A stretch of 64,000 bases of DNA from a virus. Numbering within the stretch: the stretch's first letter is position 1; every line of letters starts with the position of its first letter. A program made the position numbers and the translations under genes. The notes under the pieces were generated by a model that saw only the letters and a list, made by a program, of their open reading frames with translations, ran no database searches and was not told where the DNA came from. The DNA is taken from the IMG/VR virus record IMGVR_UViG_3300032677_000006; one strand, given 5' to 3'. Positions 62,516 to 64,000 of the stretch are shown here, piece after piece.

Positions 62516-64000
62516 ATGTCAGCCGCCACCTTTGCCAGCATGATCGACGCCTTCCCCATGGAGAATGCGCGTCCCACCCAGGTCTCGATCCTGAACGACG
62601 TCGAGCAGCACCTCTTTGACGGTTACAACGACATCATCCTGGCCGCGCCCACCGGTGTCGGCAAAACCGCCATCGGAGCCGCTTTCTGCTACTACATGCG
62701 CGGCGCGAGCAGCGAGTACATCGCCTCGGGCGGATACTATCTGGTCACCCAGAAACTGCTGCAAGATCAGCTAGACCGCGACTTTCCACGGTACCGGCCA
62801 GCCTTCCGCAACTCGGCCCAGAGTCTGAAGTCGGCCACGGAGTACACCTGCCACGCTTACGGCAACTGCTCGCTGGGTTCCAAGATCAAGTCCAAAGGAA
62901 TGTGCGAGCGCCGCAAAATTCACACCTGCCCCTATTTGGTCACGAAGTTCAAGTTCCAGAACGCCGACCTGGCCGTGACCAATTACCCGTACTTTTTCAC
63001 GGAAGCCACGTACGCCCAGAAGCTGCCCATGCGCCTGGGCCTGGTGTGCGACGAGTGCCACACCCTGGAGCGCCAGATCACCAGCTTCGTCGAGCTGTCC
63101 GTCACGGAACCCAGCATGCAGAAGTGGGCACCTCAGCTGGGCGAAATACCCGACCTGCCGGACGCCGGTCATTTTTGCGAGTGGCTGAGCAAGGACTACC
63201 TCGCCGCCCTGGAATCACGGATGGAGATGCTGATGCAGAAGCTGGAAACTTCCGACGACGCCCCGGACAGTCCTTCCCGGCGGGCGGACCAGGCGGAATT
63301 CAGCCAGCTGGACAACCATGTCAGCCGCGTGCGCGTGGTAACCCAATCCTTGCAGGAATACCCCGGCGACTGGGTCTACTGGCAAAACAACGACCGGGAA
63401 GGCAATCCGGAGAGCCATCGCGCTTGCACCGCCAAGCCCATCGACGCCAGCGCCTTCTTCCCGGAGCTGGTCCAAAACCGGGCCAAGGCGCGGCTGTACA
63501 TGAGCGCCTACCCCGGCTCCAAGAAGATTTTCTGCCGCAGCCTGGGCCTGGACCCGCGCACCGTGGCCTGGATGGATGTAGACAGCCCGTTTCCCGTGGA
63601 GAACCGCCCGGTCGAAGTCCGGCCTGTTGGCAGCATGAGCCGCAACAGCGTGGATCACTCCTTCCCGGGGTTCTGCCGCCTGACGGACATTCTCCTGGAA
63701 CTGCACGCCGCCGACAAAGGCATCATCCACTGCCACAGCTACCAGCTGGGCCAGAAGATTTACAAGTACCTGATGGGCACGCAGCACGCGTCCCGGGTGC
63801 TCTTCGCCACCACGGCGTCCCAGCGGCCCCAGATCATGCAGCGGCACGCGCGCGCCAAGGAGCCAACCGTGATCCTCAGCCCCAGCGTGACCGAGGGCTA
63901 CAGCTTTGACGACGACCTGGCCCGGTTCCAGATCATCTCCAAGATGCCGTTCCCCAACCTGGGCGACCGGCAGGTGGCGGCCCACCGCGACCGGGACCCG
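62516..64000 (+). CDS. DinG/Rad3-like SF2 helicase, runs off the window (absent from ORF track)
   Basis: Manual translation: RPTQ, AAPTGVGKT, LQDQL, CDECH, MSA, IIHCHSY, SPSVTEGYSFDDDLARFQIISKMPFP. Confidence 0.9.
   Translation, partial: MSAATFASMIDAFPMENARPTQVSILNDVEQHLFDGYNDIILAAPTGVGKTAIGAAFCYYMRGASSEYIASGGYYLVTQKLLQDQLDRDFPRYRPAFRNSAQSLKSATEYTCHAYGNCSLGSKIKSKGMCERRKIHTCPYLVTKFKFQNADLAVTNYPYFFTEATYAQKLPMRLGLVCDECHTLERQITSFVELSVTEPSMQKWAPQLGEIPDLPDAGHFCEWLSKDYLAALESRMEMLMQKLETSDDAPDSPSRRADQAEFSQLDNHVSRVRVVTQSLQEYPGDWVYWQNNDREGNPESHRACTAKPIDASAFFPELVQNRAKARLYMSAYPGSKKIFCRSLGLDPRTVAWMDVDSPFPVENRPVEVRPVGSMSRNSVDHSFPGFCRLTDILLELHAADKGIIHCHSYQLGQKIYKYLMGTQHASRVLFATTASQRPQIMQRHARAKEPTVILSPSVTEGYSFDDDLARFQIISKMPFPNLGDRQVAAHRDRDP

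Noticed and set aside
1-64000. Alternative genetic code or stop-codon reassignment
   Set aside because: Core genes are full length in code 11 and use all three stops; no suppressor tRNA seen

Overview
This window is a ~63% GC (estimated by eye) segment of a large T4-type (myovirus-like) phage genome, read in the standard genetic code. Virion genes: gp23-like major capsid, protease-scaffold fusion, gp13-like neck, gp6-like baseplate wedge. Replication and recombination genes: UDG-fused family A DNA polymerase, DnaB/gp41-like and DinG-like helicases, NAD+ ligase, UvsX/RecA, gp32-like SSB, probable UvsY, HU/IHF, Dam. It also encodes two tandem sigma-like proteins, many glycosyl- and methyltransferases, and accessory enzymes. 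The main discovery is at 32804-35430 (minus strand): a Ro60/TROVE gene preceded by a ~900-nt non-coding operon. The operon holds four Y RNAs that share a Ro-binding stem (GGGCCG[A/C]A...[C/U]UUG[U/C]CC, then UUA[U/C]C) but carry different modules: a circularly permuted tRNA mimic, two minimal loops, and a ~200-nt multi-hairpin domain. It also holds an atypical tRNA-fMet, a CCA-ended non-cloverleaf RNA, another small structured RNA, and a mini Ro site in the Ro60 leader. Other patterns: three putative promoter classes (sigma70, GTTCT, GTANTTA) driving near-leaderless mRNAs; about 18 proteins sharing an N-terminal ...LLE propeptide (putative capsid-targeting signal), including a RelE/ParE-like toxin and a 2H phosphoesterase; and an orphan ~110-nt structured RNA. 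All calls come from reading motifs by eye; no searches were run.
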